Assembly (NCBI GenBank): GCA_946643435.1
Contig: CAMPCD010000002.1
Location: 13,370-77,369, forward strand
Source of the DNA: an uncultured bacterium
Lineage (GTDB): Bacteria; Bacillota_I; Bacilli_A; RF39; UBA660
DNA length: 64,000 nt
Reading direction: 5' to 3'
Of this stretch, positions 17,315 to 28,200 are shown in pieces (position 1 is the first letter of the stretch; each line of letters begins with the position of its first letter). Both the position numbers and the translations under genes were made by a program. Under the pieces are notes generated by a model that searched no databases, was not told the DNA's origin, and was given only the letters and a program-made list of their open reading frames with translations.

Positions 17315-18421
17315 ATGAGTGATATTAAGTTATTAGATATATATGATAAAACTCCCCAAAATGTAAAAGATTCGTTTTCTAATAATACTAGATCAGAATT
17401 ATCTGTTTCTACTAATTTCAATAAGGTAGAAGCTTCATATGAATGGTTAGAGTTAATGGAAAATACTGTTAGATATATTGATAACGTATTAAGAAATCCT
17501 AATCGTTTCATCATCAATGAAGAAGAGATAGTTAAAGTAGAATTAGCAAGAAGAATTACAGTAGATAGTATTAGACATCTATCTAAACATACAAACTATA
17601 TTCAAAAAATTGAAGATAATGGAGATGTTAAGCCTTCTAAGATCTTAAATATCAATAAAGATGAGAGTTATAACACATATGAAAATAGATTAGTGTTTAC
17701 TCTTATCAATAACATGCGTGATTATTTAGAAATAAAGAAGAAGGGGTTGGCTAAAGCATCATCCGTAAAAGATACTAAAAAAGCAACTTATAGTGCCAAG
17801 ACTAGAGTAGGTAATGAAAATGTATTGGTTGAAATGAGTTATACATCAGCTTTATCTGATAAAGATGAGTTACAAGGAGAATCACCATTAGAGGAAAGAA
17901 TTGCTAAACTTGATGGTGATATCCAAATGTTAACTGGAAGTAATTTATATCAAACATTACATAAAGCTCACGTAGCTAAAGTTATACCTCCTATTAAAAA
18001 GACAAACGTAATATTAAAGAATACAAACTTCCAATATATTATGAAATTATGGGATTTCTTACAAAGTAATCCTCCAGATGACACTAAAGTTATTAAACAA
18101 AAAAGAGAATTCCAAGATACTGGAATACTTAAAGAATATATGGATTCAACATTCTTACTTAATTATTTAGCAATGAATACATTAAGTGATACAAAATCTA
18201 CTATTGAAAGTAAGGAATTAGTTAGTGAAGTAACTGATAAATTAATACAAAAGATAGTTGAATTAAATCCTAACATGCCTATTACAGAATTAAAAGAAAA
18301 GATAGGTGATAAGTTAGTGATGACAAGATATAAATATGAAGCTTCATTAAGTGAAGTAAATGGTGTATTCTCAAGAAGAATAAAAGCGTATTTAGAGAAA
18401 GTTGAAAACATGGAAATGTAG
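17315..18421 (+). CDS. McrC-N-terminal-like (DUF2357-like) partner protein without a recognisable nuclease motif
   Basis: Starts 4 nt after the McrB-like gene. NPNRFIINEEEIVKVELARRI...ESYNTYENRLVFTLINNM resembles the N-terminal region of McrC-type partners. I saw no PD-(D/E)xK pattern in the helical C-terminal half. Confidence 0.4.
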   Translation: MSDIKLLDIYDKTPQNVKDSFSNNTRSELSVSTNFNKVEASYEWLELMENTVRYIDNVLRNPNRFIINEEEIVKVELARRITVDSIRHLSKHTNYIQKIEDNGDVKPSKILNINKDESYNTYENRLVFTLINNMRDYLEIKKKGLAKASSVKDTKKATYSAKTRVGNENVLVEMSYTSALSDKDELQGESPLEERIAKLDGDIQMLTGSNLYQTLHKAHVAKVIPPIKKTNVILKNTNFQYIMKLWDFLQSNPPDDTKVIKQKREFQDTGILKEYMDSTFLLNYLAMNTLSDTKSTIESKELVSEVTDKLIQKIVELNPNMPITELKEKIGDKLVMTRYKYEASLSEVNGVFSRRIKAYLEKVENMEM

Positions 18422-18429
18422 GTAATAAT

Positions 18430-18975
18430 ATGAAAACAATAATCAATGTAATTAGATCAGTTATAACTTTTGTTTTGATAGTAGTACTAATTGGAGTTGT
18501 AATCCAAAGAGTCACTAATTACCGCCTAGCTATTGGTGATATGTATATTTTCCAAGTAGCTACTGGATCAATGGAACCAGAATATCCTGTAGGCGATGTG
18601 ATTGTTGTTAAAAAGGCAGATCCTAGTACAGTTAATGTAGGAGACGATGTTACTTATAAGACAGGTAAAACTTCAAAAGGTGATGTATTTATAACACACA
18701 GAGTAGTTGAAAAGAGAGAAGAAAATGGTAAATATTATTTTACTACTCAAGGTTTAGTTAACTTAGTTGCTGACCCTGAATTCTCAGAAGATGCTCTTGT
18801 TGGAAAAGTTACATATCATACTGTAGTATTAAGTTTTATTGGTCGTTTAATGAATAATATGATTTTCTATTATTGTGCATTTGTATTTATCGCCTTAAGT
18901 TTTTCATATGATATTATTACTAATTATCTAATTAAAAGGGATGATAAAGATGAAGAAGAACAGGAAGAAGAATAA
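18430..18975 (+). CDS. sipW: signal peptidase I, ER/SipW type (second active-looking copy)
   Basis: VATGSMEPEYPVGDVIVVKK and FITHRVV boxes are present. The third box is diverged (TQGLVNLVADPE). C-terminal TM plus acidic tail DDKDEEEQEEE. Confidence 0.75.
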   Translation: MKTIINVIRSVITFVLIVVLIGVVIQRVTNYRLAIGDMYIFQVATGSMEPEYPVGDVIVVKKADPSTVNVGDDVTYKTGKTSKGDVFITHRVVEKREENGKYYFTTQGLVNLVADPEFSEDALVGKVTYHTVVLSFIGRLMNNMIFYYCAFVFIALSFSYDIITNYLIKRDDKDEEEQEEE

Positions 18976-19582
18976 ACATCTCATTAGAACCTTACGTGTT
19001 CTTATCTTAACCGTCTTTATCATGGCGAATACTCTTGCATGGTTTATCTATGTAACAAGAGTAGATAATAGTGTTAATGTACGTGTTAAAGCATGGAATG
19101 TTACCTTCCAAAGTGGAGATACAGTAATATCTAATAATGTAGATGTAGATATTGATAGTTTATATCCTGGTATGCCAGACTATTCATATCAAATAACTGC
19201 ATATAATAAGTCAGAAGTTACTGCTCAATTAACTTATCAAATACTTGAGGCTAGATTATTAGATACTGAATATAAATCTATAGAATATAAAGAAGAATTA
19301 GGAGAAGAAATTCTTCCAACTGATTTAACTAGTAAACAAATAGAGAATATGTTAAATAATGAATTACCTTTTGTAATTATCATCGGTGTAACTGATGAAC
19401 AAGTAGAAGAACAAAACGGGCAATCAATATTTAGTATATCTGCTAGATGGCCATACGAAGGTAAATCTGATGAAGCTGACACTACTTGGGGCATAAATGC
19501 TTCCAATTATAAAGACGCTCATCCTGACAAATCAAGTATTACATTAAAGATTAAAATTACTATGACACAATCAGAGACATAA
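18950..19582 (+). CDS. secreted protein with SipW-class signal peptide
   Basis: Basic N-terminus, h-region, then MANTLAWFIYVTRVDNSVNVRVKAWNVTF. Overlaps the sipW end. AAAAGGG spacing favours ATG 18950 over 18941. Confidence 0.65.
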   Translation: MKKNRKKNKHLIRTLRVLILTVFIMANTLAWFIYVTRVDNSVNVRVKAWNVTFQSGDTVISNNVDVDIDSLYPGMPDYSYQITAYNKSEVTAQLTYQILEARLLDTEYKSIEYKEELGEEILPTDLTSKQIENMLNNELPFVIIIGVTDEQVEEQNGQSIFSISARWPYEGKSDEADTTWGINASNYKDAHPDKSSITLKIKITMTQSET

Positions 19583-19610
19583 AAAAAGAGTTCACTTGAA
19601 CCCTTTTTAA
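19581..19610. terminator. bidirectional terminator between convergent genes
   Basis: A7 run, imperfect hairpin agagttc/gaaccct, then T5. Sits between the + gene ending at 19582 and the - gene ending at 19607. Confidence 0.45.
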
Positions 19611-20197
19611 TTTGCTTGTTGAATAAAGTGTAGATCAATCTTAACACTTGTTGTTCCGTTAGCGGAAGCTTCAGTGTCTTCTTGATTATTCATTGTTTCA
19701 CCAGTACCGTCTATCCATTCAACATAGAATCTATAAACATCTATAGTACTTTCATCACTTAAGTTATGAACAACACTTACAGTATTTGTTTCTCCTATAT
19801 CTGTAACTTCTCCACCATTTAAAGTATATCCAGTAAATACCATATCAGTAATACTATCTTCACCATATGATAGTGTTATATCTTGCTTATAAGAAACACC
19901 AACTCTTGAATGATCTACAATAACATCAAAGTATCCTTTACTTGTTGGAGCAATAACTCCTTCCTTAATATTAGGGTTAGCATCTATTACTGGTATGATA
20001 GTACTTGAGAAATCACTTTCGTTTAATATATCTTGGTCATTAACTTTAAATGTCCATTCAGCAATGGTGAAGTTACCATTCGCAGAGGCACTAGATACAT
20101 ACTTAGCGTATGAATCTTGTATAGAGTTAACTAACAATAATAAAGACGTAAATGCTAATAAGATTTTAACTTTTTTAGATCTAAGTATATTATCCAT
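19607..20197 (-). CDS. secreted protein with SipW-class signal peptide (only minus-strand member of the locus)
   Basis: h-region then IQDSYAKYVSSASANGNFTIAEWTFKVND. C-terminal FYVEWIDGTGET...SVKIDLHFIQQ signature. AAGGAGG RBS. Confidence 0.7.
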   Translation of the reverse strand: MDNILRSKKVKILLAFTSLLLLVNSIQDSYAKYVSSASANGNFTIAEWTFKVNDQDILNESDFSSTIIPVIDANPNIKEGVIAPTSKGYFDVIVDHSRVGVSYKQDITLSYGEDSITDMVFTGYTLNGGEVTDIGETNTVSVVHNLSDESTIDVYRFYVEWIDGTGETMNNQEDTEASANGTTSVKIDLHFIQQAN

Positions 20198-20424
20198 ATA
20201 TGCCTCCTTATCTAATTTTATTTTATCAAAAAATAATAGTATATCCTTAATATAATATCAACAAAATGTATATTGGACACGATGTTTACACGCAAAACAA
20301 CTAGATTTAAAATATGATGTACAAATAAAAGTAAAATTTTTAATAAGTGTTGAATATCAATAACAATTATGATAAATTATAGATATATAATATAAGGGAT
20401 ATTATATAATCAGTGGTGAATAAG

Positions 20425-21147
20425 ATGGCAAAAGAAGTAATGATTAGCGCTAAAAAGATTAAGCGTAGAAAAATTGCATCAAGAACTGCTAAGCTTGCTC
20501 TGTTAGGATTGTTAATATTTTTAATGCTTCTATATATAATACTAACTATTATATATACTGAAGGTAAGTTTACTATATCCCTTGATTCAAATGATTTGAT
20601 GAAAAGTGGATTAGCTATTTATGAAAGTTTGAATAATAGCCAAGGTAAACGTGAATTATCAACCGAAACAATACCATTTATGGATAATATTTCCTACAAA
20701 TGGTTGCCTGAAAACATTGATTCAGATGAGTTGGCGGGTTCTCATAATGGTGATAATTATATAGCGTATACATTCTTTGCAGAAAATCAAGGAAATGAAG
20801 TACTAAATTATTGGTACGAATTAATCTTGGATGATGTAATAAAGAACGTTGATGAAGCTATAAGAATTAGAATTTATCGAAATGGTGAGTATAAAACATA
20901 CGCCAAGAGAAATCCTTTAACTGGTGAACCAGAGAAAGGTACTGAACCATTTACAAATATTGATGGTGCAGAAAAAACAATAATATTAAATCATGTTGAA
21001 GATTTTCAACCGGGACAAAGAGATCGAATAACAATTGTAGTATGGCTTGAAGGAGATGATCCAGACTGTCACGACCCACTAATAGGTGGCGAAATCAAGA
21101 TGCACATGGTTATAACAGAAAACCACATCGGAGAGATAAAGGAGTGA
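20425..21147 (+). CDS. N-terminally membrane-anchored protein related to the downstream putative fibre subunit
   Basis: Basic N-terminus plus TM (LALLGLLIFLMLLYIILTIIY). The C-terminus IVVWLEGDDPDCHDPLIGGEIKMHMVITE parallels RIYMWIEGQDIDCENYATGSDITFNLQFSTE of the next gene. Start is 20413 (GTG) or 20425 (ATG). Confidence 0.6.
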   Translation: MAKEVMISAKKIKRRKIASRTAKLALLGLLIFLMLLYIILTIIYTEGKFTISLDSNDLMKSGLAIYESLNNSQGKRELSTETIPFMDNISYKWLPENIDSDELAGSHNGDNYIAYTFFAENQGNEVLNYWYELILDDVIKNVDEAIRIRIYRNGEYKTYAKRNPLTGEPEKGTEPFTNIDGAEKTIILNHVEDFQPGQRDRITIVVWLEGDDPDCHDPLIGGEIKMHMVITENHIGEIKE

Positions 21148-21151
21148 TATT

Positions 21152-22135
21152 ATGTCTAAGACTAGCAAGAAAAGACAAAAAACAAGCAGAAGCCTAATAC
21201 TATTATTACTAATAAGTATAATTATGTTAGGTACATCAACATATGCATGGTTTACAGCAAACAAGGTTGTAACAATCAATTCAATTGATGTTAAAGTAGA
21301 AGCAAGTAATGGTTTACAAATTTCTACTGATGCAAATAAGTGGAAATCTATTATTACTAATGTAGATATCGCATCAGGTTATACTGATCATAAGAATCAA
21401 TTACCTTCTTATGTAACAGCAGTATCAACAGATGGTACAGTTGATTCTACAAAATCACAATTAAAGATGTATAAAGGTACTGTAGCTACTGACCAAGCAA
21501 CAGGTAACTATACATTAACAACTTCATTAGAAAATGAAGCTGCTGGATCAACAGGTAACTTTGTTGCATTTGATGTATTCTTAAGAGTTGATAGTGCAAA
21601 GACAATCTATTTAACTTCTCAATCAAATGTATATGCTAAAGAAGGTACTGAAGATAAAGGATTAAAGAACTCAGCACGTGTTGGATTTGTTAAATTAGGA
21701 AATGCTGTTTCAACTGCATCTACTGCTTCATTAATAGCATTAAATAATCCTGCTGCTAAAGCAATTATTTGGGAACCAAATATTGATGGACATACAGCAA
21801 TTGTTACAGACCAAGTTGCTAGTGAATATGGTATTACTTTAGGTGTTGGAGAAAGAACTGCTTACCGTGGCATTAAGAATGTAATTCCTACAGCTGTAGA
21901 CTTAAAGAATACAGTAAATGGTACTGATACAACTAATACTTCATCAGTTACTCCAGACATTGCTACAACTGTAGCTAACCCTGACTATACTGAAGCTTTC
22001 GATCTTGAAGCTGGTGTTACAAAAATGAGAATTTATATGTGGATTGAAGGACAAGATATCGATTGTGAAAACTACGCAACAGGTTCTGATATTACATTCA
22101 ACTTACAATTCTCAACTGAATCATCAGGAGCTTAA
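21152..22135 (+). CDS. putative major secreted subunit with SipW-class signal peptide
   Basis: MLGTSTYAWFTANKVVTINSIDVKV N-terminus (compare the GTLAYFT-type signal peptides of TasA/BsaA-class proteins). The mature part is A/T/S/G/N/V-rich. GGAG RBS. Followed by the strongest terminator in the locus. Confidence 0.7.
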   Translation: MSKTSKKRQKTSRSLILLLLISIIMLGTSTYAWFTANKVVTINSIDVKVEASNGLQISTDANKWKSIITNVDIASGYTDHKNQLPSYVTAVSTDGTVDSTKSQLKMYKGTVATDQATGNYTLTTSLENEAAGSTGNFVAFDVFLRVDSAKTIYLTSQSNVYAKEGTEDKGLKNSARVGFVKLGNAVSTASTASLIALNNPAAKAIIWEPNIDGHTAIVTDQVASEYGITLGVGERTAYRGIKNVIPTAVDLKNTVNGTDTTNTSSVTPDIATTVANPDYTEAFDLEAGVTKMRIYMWIEGQDIDCENYATGSDITFNLQFSTESSGA

Positions 22136-22149
22136 TAATAAATAATAAA

Positions 22150-22175
22150 AATGAGGTTTACACCTCATTTTTTTA
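22150..22175 (+). terminator. intrinsic terminator after the putative major subunit
   Basis: Hairpin aatgaggt/acctcatt with loop ttac, followed by T7. Confidence 0.75.
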
Positions 22176-22222
22176 GTGTAATTAAATACTAATTATAGTA
22201 TAATTATATTAGGAGAATAGTT

Positions 22223-25200
22223 ATGCATTTTAGTTTTGGCCGAATTAAAAATGTTAAGTTACTAATTCCACTATTACTGTTCGTAATGGTTGTTTTTGTG
22301 TACCATATTTTAGGTACTTTTAGTACAGTAGTAGAGGATAATGCTTATAACGGTATTCCTGCAACATCATTTGCTGGTGGTAATGGTACTGAAATAAATC
22401 CTTATATTATTTCAACTCCTAATGAAATGGATTATTTTAGACTATTAATTACAGGTGAAGAAGCTGAATACTATAGTGATAAATGTTACATGATTACTAG
22501 TAGTTTAAACTTTGGTGATTATGATATAACTATTGATAATGAAGTTCCTTTTAAAGGTAGTCTTGATGGAGATGGACATCAAATATATAATTTGGAGATA
22601 AATAATAGTTTCTTTAAGAATCTTGATGGTGCTACTATTAAGAATCTTGAATTGACTGATATTCAATATTTAACTACAAGTAATGAACATGGTGTATTCG
22701 TTGATAACTCTGTTAATTCTACTTATAACTTAATTAACTTAGATTTTGAGTTTAATAACAATCATGATTATTTAGCTACATTCATTTATAATGATACTGG
22801 ATCAATAATTAATAATGTTGTTATTAATGTTAATAATGTTAAGAATGATACATATTATGGATTGATATATAAAGCTAATCAAACAACTATTAATTCAGCT
22901 TTAACTAATAATGCTTATAATGATATAGCTGAAGATAATACTATAGTTAGAAATATATATCATTATACATTTACTGGTGGAAGAATATTCTCAACTGATA
23001 TAGATAAATTTGAATCTGAAGGATTTAAGATTGAATATTCTTATAGTAAATATGTTATGAAAGATATAATACCTAGTCTAGGTAATGAAAGAATAGGTGC
23101 TTATCAAGAACATGATACTGGTACTTCTGGTAATACTATTTATATCAATAATTTAACTAAAGATTTAGATTATTATACTAGTTTAAATTATGCATCTTCT
23201 ACAAATAGACAGTTACCAACAATGGATAATAAGAATATTTATAATGAAAATAATTTAGTTAAAGTAATGCTTTCTTATTCAGGTGTAGAAACTAATGGTG
23301 GAACTACTTTAACTGGTACTATTTCTTCAACAGAAAATTATAATAAGATTGTTTATTATGATTACATTCCTGTTGAAAATAATAAAATTAAAATAACATT
23401 AATTGATAATCCTTTTGTTAATAGGCCAAATAACAAAGGATTCAATAATTGGATAAGTGATACAAATGGAGTTATATTATCTTATGACACAGTAAGATAT
23501 GAAAGATTCGCAGAACTAAACGTAACTAAAAATGCTGAAAACAAATATGATCCAATTGAAATAAACTTACATGCAAGTTGGGTAGAAGCAGTTAACTATG
23601 GATTATCTGGTAACAACTGGACTAATGCATTTAACTCATTTGATACTAAAGGTTTAAAACAATTTGAAACTACAAGAGAAGAATGTACAAGACCTAGTGT
23701 TCAAGGATATTATTTAGAACAAACTGCTCCAAGATATACTTATTATACTGGTTATTATCGTTCTTCAGGTAGTGGTAATAATGCTACTTATACTTATGCA
23801 ACTGATAGATATTGTAATACTAGAGGTGGTTGTACATATTATGAAGAGATAGAATATGATGAACTTTATGATCCTGACGAAACATATTATACATTTAGCG
23901 GTAATAGAAGATATGTTGCAACACCTGAAGAGATAGGTGTTACGTGTGAAAATGTTCATACAGTAAGTGATACATTCAGTCCTGCCGGATATTATACTGA
24001 AAAGACATTTGGTAGAGGTGCATCTTATACAGGATATTATAATTCATCAGGACAACCTGTTAGTGGAACATGTAATTCTACAAGTTGTACATATTATGAA
24101 TTTATTCAATCTTTTGATGCATATGGTAATAGACCTGTAATAGATTTCACTAAGAATTATTATTATCTTGTAACAAGAGACACTAATATTGCTTATTTAA
24201 CTGGTGATATTACAAATTATTGGTCAAGTTCAAATGCAAGTAATAAACCATTTACTTTAACAGGATTACACAATGGTTATCAAACATCATATGATTGGAC
24301 TGTTACTGGTAACCATATTAAATTATATAATGATACAGCAATCGAACAATTAACAATTTATAATACTAAGAGTTTAAGCACAGATGATGTTGTTGTCTCA
24401 TCTGGTGGTTGGTGGGCAACATATTATGCTGTAATAGATGTTAATTATCATAACTTAAAAGTTGGTAGAGGAGTTAAACAATATAATTCCAATTATGCTA
24501 CATTCGATTACATATTTGGTGGTGAAGAAGGAACTGGTAGTTCTTCGTCAGATACACAATATAATGTAATTGTTGAATCTGGGCATTATAGTTCTATTGC
24601 ATTGACATTACTTGTTGGTGGTAGTGGAACAGCTTATGTAGCTAATAAGACAACTCTTGGATGTGATGTTGATAAAGTATTAGATACTAACAATAATAAT
24701 TTAGAAGTTTATTATCAGGTAGCATCATCATTCTCAGGTACTATAAATTCATCTGAAGAATGTGCTACAAATTTAACAGTTAAGAGTGGTAAATTTGGTA
24801 CATCACAATCTGACATGTATACAGGTATCTATGTTGGAGGATTAACATCTGGTACACATAATGCTGCAAGACGAATAAATGTTGAAGGTGGATGGATTAA
24901 TAACTTAATCGGTGGACCTTTAACAGCTAGTAATAGAAGATTATATAATGATACATATATTTATATGACAGGTGGTACTGTTGATATCATTATCGGTGGT
25001 GCTGGTAGATCTCCTACTTATGGTAACCGTATAATTTCCGTTACTGGTGGTAAAGTTAATTATAGTGTTCTAGGTGGATCTAATGGTTCTGGTAGTGATG
25101 CATCAGGTACTGATGGAACAATCAATGGTTCATCATACATATATATTGGTGGACATGCTACAATTGGTGATACTACTTTAGTTAATAACAATTCTACACT

Positions 25201-28200
25201 TTGGGGTGTTGCTTCTGGTTCAGTCTTTGGTAATGGTAATGGTAAGAGTGGTTACTCGGGAATTGGATCTAATGAAAATTCTTATGTAATTATTGATGGA
25301 AGTGCAGATATTAAAGGTTCAGTCTTTGGTGGTGGTAACTTTGGTGCTACTGGTGTTAACAGTGCAAGTGATACTAACGAAACAAAGATTAATATTCTTG
25401 GCGGAACAATATCAGGAGACGTCTATGGTGGAGGAAACCAAAACGGTGCAGGTTCTACAGATAAGAGAGTAGATATAACTATTACTCAAACTGGTGGAAC
25501 TGTTAAAGGAAGCGTTTATGGTGGCTCTAATATATCAGGAACAATCTATGGTAATACTTCAGTAAATATTACTAAAGGCTCAATAACTAAGAATGTATAT
25601 GGTGGAGGAAAAGGTAATAGTACATACGTAAGAAATAATTCTAGCGTAGTAATAGGAAATACAACTACACCTAATGTTCCAACAATATCAGGAAGTGTTT
25701 ATGGTGGTTCTGGATATGGTACAGTAAATGGTGTTAATACTACAACAGCTACATCAAATGCAGCAACTACTGTAACAGTTAATAATGGTAAGATTACTGG
25801 TTCAGTATTTGGTGGAGGAGAAGGTAGTACAACTTATACTCCATATGTACTTGGTGATATTACAGTTACAATTAATAATGGTAGTATTGGAAATGTGTTT
25901 GGTGGAAATGACCAAGCAGGATCACATACTAAAACTAATAGAGTTTACCTAAAAGGTGGAACTTTAAATAATGCTTATGGTGGTGGTAACAAATCAAGTG
26001 TTACAACTACAAATGTATACTTACAAGGATCTACATTAAGTAATTTATTTGGTGGATCTAATCAACAAGGTGATGTTACTACATCAAATGTAACTATTTC
26101 TTCTGGTAAAGTTAATAATATTTATGGAGGAAATAATGAAGGTGGTACAACAACTACAACACATATTACTGTAGAAGGTACTGCTGATATAACTGGTTCA
26201 GTATTTGGTGGTGGTAACCAAGCTGCTACTGTAACATCAAATGTTATATTAAATTCGGCCGCGCATAAAATAACAGATGTATTCGGTGGTGGTAATGCTG
26301 CTAATGTTACAACAACTAATATCACAAATAAAATGAGTGTTGATAACATGTTTGGTGGAAGTAACTCAGCAGGTACTGTTCAAAACAGTTATATTATCAA
26401 CAATGGTGGAACACATATTAATATTTATGGTGGTAATAACAGAGGTGGTAATACAGTTGATAGTTCAATAACATTTAACAGTGGTACTGCAGCTGCTATA
26501 TTTGGTGGAGGAAACCTAGCAAGTACAGGTACTACACTTATTAACTTAGAAGGTGGAACAGTAACAACTGTTTATGGTGGAGGTAACTCAGCTGGTGCTA
26601 CTTCTTCTACAATAAATAATAATGCAGGAACTATTACAACAATCTATGGTGGTTCAAATGTTACTGGAGATGTAGGAACAACTAATATCAACAATGATAA
26701 TAGTGTAGGTACAATCTTCGGTGGTGGAAATTCGGCTAATGTAGGAACTACAAATATAGATGTTACATCAGGTAATATTACAACAATCTATGGAGGTGGA
26801 AACTTAGCTAAAGTAACTGGAAATACAACATTATCAATTACTAATGCTAATGTTTCATCTAATATCTATGGAGGTGGAAACTTTGGTGTTGTAAACGGTT
26901 CTTCAAATCTTACTGTTATAGATACTACTGTATTAGGTTCTATCTATGGTGGTGGTAATGGTGGACCTGCAACATTACAAGGAAGTACTGAAGTAAATAT
27001 TGGTGGTAATACTGTTGTTGGTACTGAAACATCAGTTGCTCCTCATTTTGGTTCAGTATTTGCTGGTGGTAACTCAGCAGAAACAGGACTTGAAGCAAAT
27101 AATAATTCAGTAGCTAAATTAAATATTGCTGGTGGAACAATTTACGGTAATATTTATGGTGGTGCTAATACATCAGTTATCTATGGAAATACAATAGTTA
27201 ATGTTGGTAAATCTGTAGATAAGGATATCAAAAAAGGCGATATATTTATTAAAGGTCATGTATTCGGTGGTGGTGAAGCAAATGCTGCCGGTGACGAAAC
27301 ATATGACTGGTACTTTATTTCTGTAACACAAGGTGTTGTAATCACAATAGATGCTGATACATATGATAATTTTACTATCAATGGATCATTCTATGGTGGT
27401 GGTAATGCATCTTCTGCTTCAGGAGATTCATACTTATATATTAAGAATTATGGTGCTGGAGAATCACCTAAACGTAATGTATCTATTCAACGTGTTACTT
27501 ATGTTGATATAGATAATTCATCATTATTGTTATTAGGTGCTATCGATAGAGCCAACGATTATGATAAAGAATTATTCTCAATAAGCCGTGTTGTAAATAT
27601 GACTATTAGAAATAACTCTGAGTTATATTTAGCAACAGGTGCTAACTTACTTGAAAACTTTAACTCATTAGATAGTAGTGGTAATCCTGCAGTTGTTACA
27701 ATTACAGAAGATTCTATTACAAAATCTGTTGATAATAGAGTTTATATGTTTGAAGGTAAGAACCTAAATATAGCAAGAGACCAACAAGTAACTGACTACG
27801 GTAAAGTTACAGGTATGTCATTCTTTGGTATGTTTAATTACAATTATGATGGTACAGTTCATACTGGTAACTATGGACATCAATATAATGATGGAGATGA
27901 GTTATCATGGCAAGGTACATTTACAAGAGGTTCTTATGTATTAGGATTACATGAAACTAATCATGATATAACAGTAAATGGATTCTATAGTAACTTCATG
28001 GATGAAGAAACAATGATAAATGATGTTAAATACATTGAACCAACTCCACCTGACTCAAGATACTACATGTGGTTTATTGGTGAAAATGTAATTGAATATA
28101 ACGTTAATTTAACAGCATCTAAATATTCAACATTAGGTTCTGTCGAAGTTTCATTCCTTGAATTCTATGATCCAAATACTTCATTTGAAATTCTTAACTT

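Noticed and set aside
15770-18421. The McrB-like pair as part of a mobile defence island or prophage insertion.
   Set aside because: I recognised no integrase, transposase, flanking direct repeats or tRNA target. Gaps to neighbouring locus genes are only 4-15 nt, and there is no obvious compositional break by eye. It is kept as an alternative hypothesis in the finding, but not annotated as a mobile element.
24830-27420. CRISPR array or non-coding tandem repeat suggested by the periodic ggtggtggtaa-type DNA.
   Set aside because: The periodicity is in-frame (GGGN codons) within one uninterrupted ORF. The units are degenerate at the DNA level, with no conserved repeat/spacer alternation and no cas genes.
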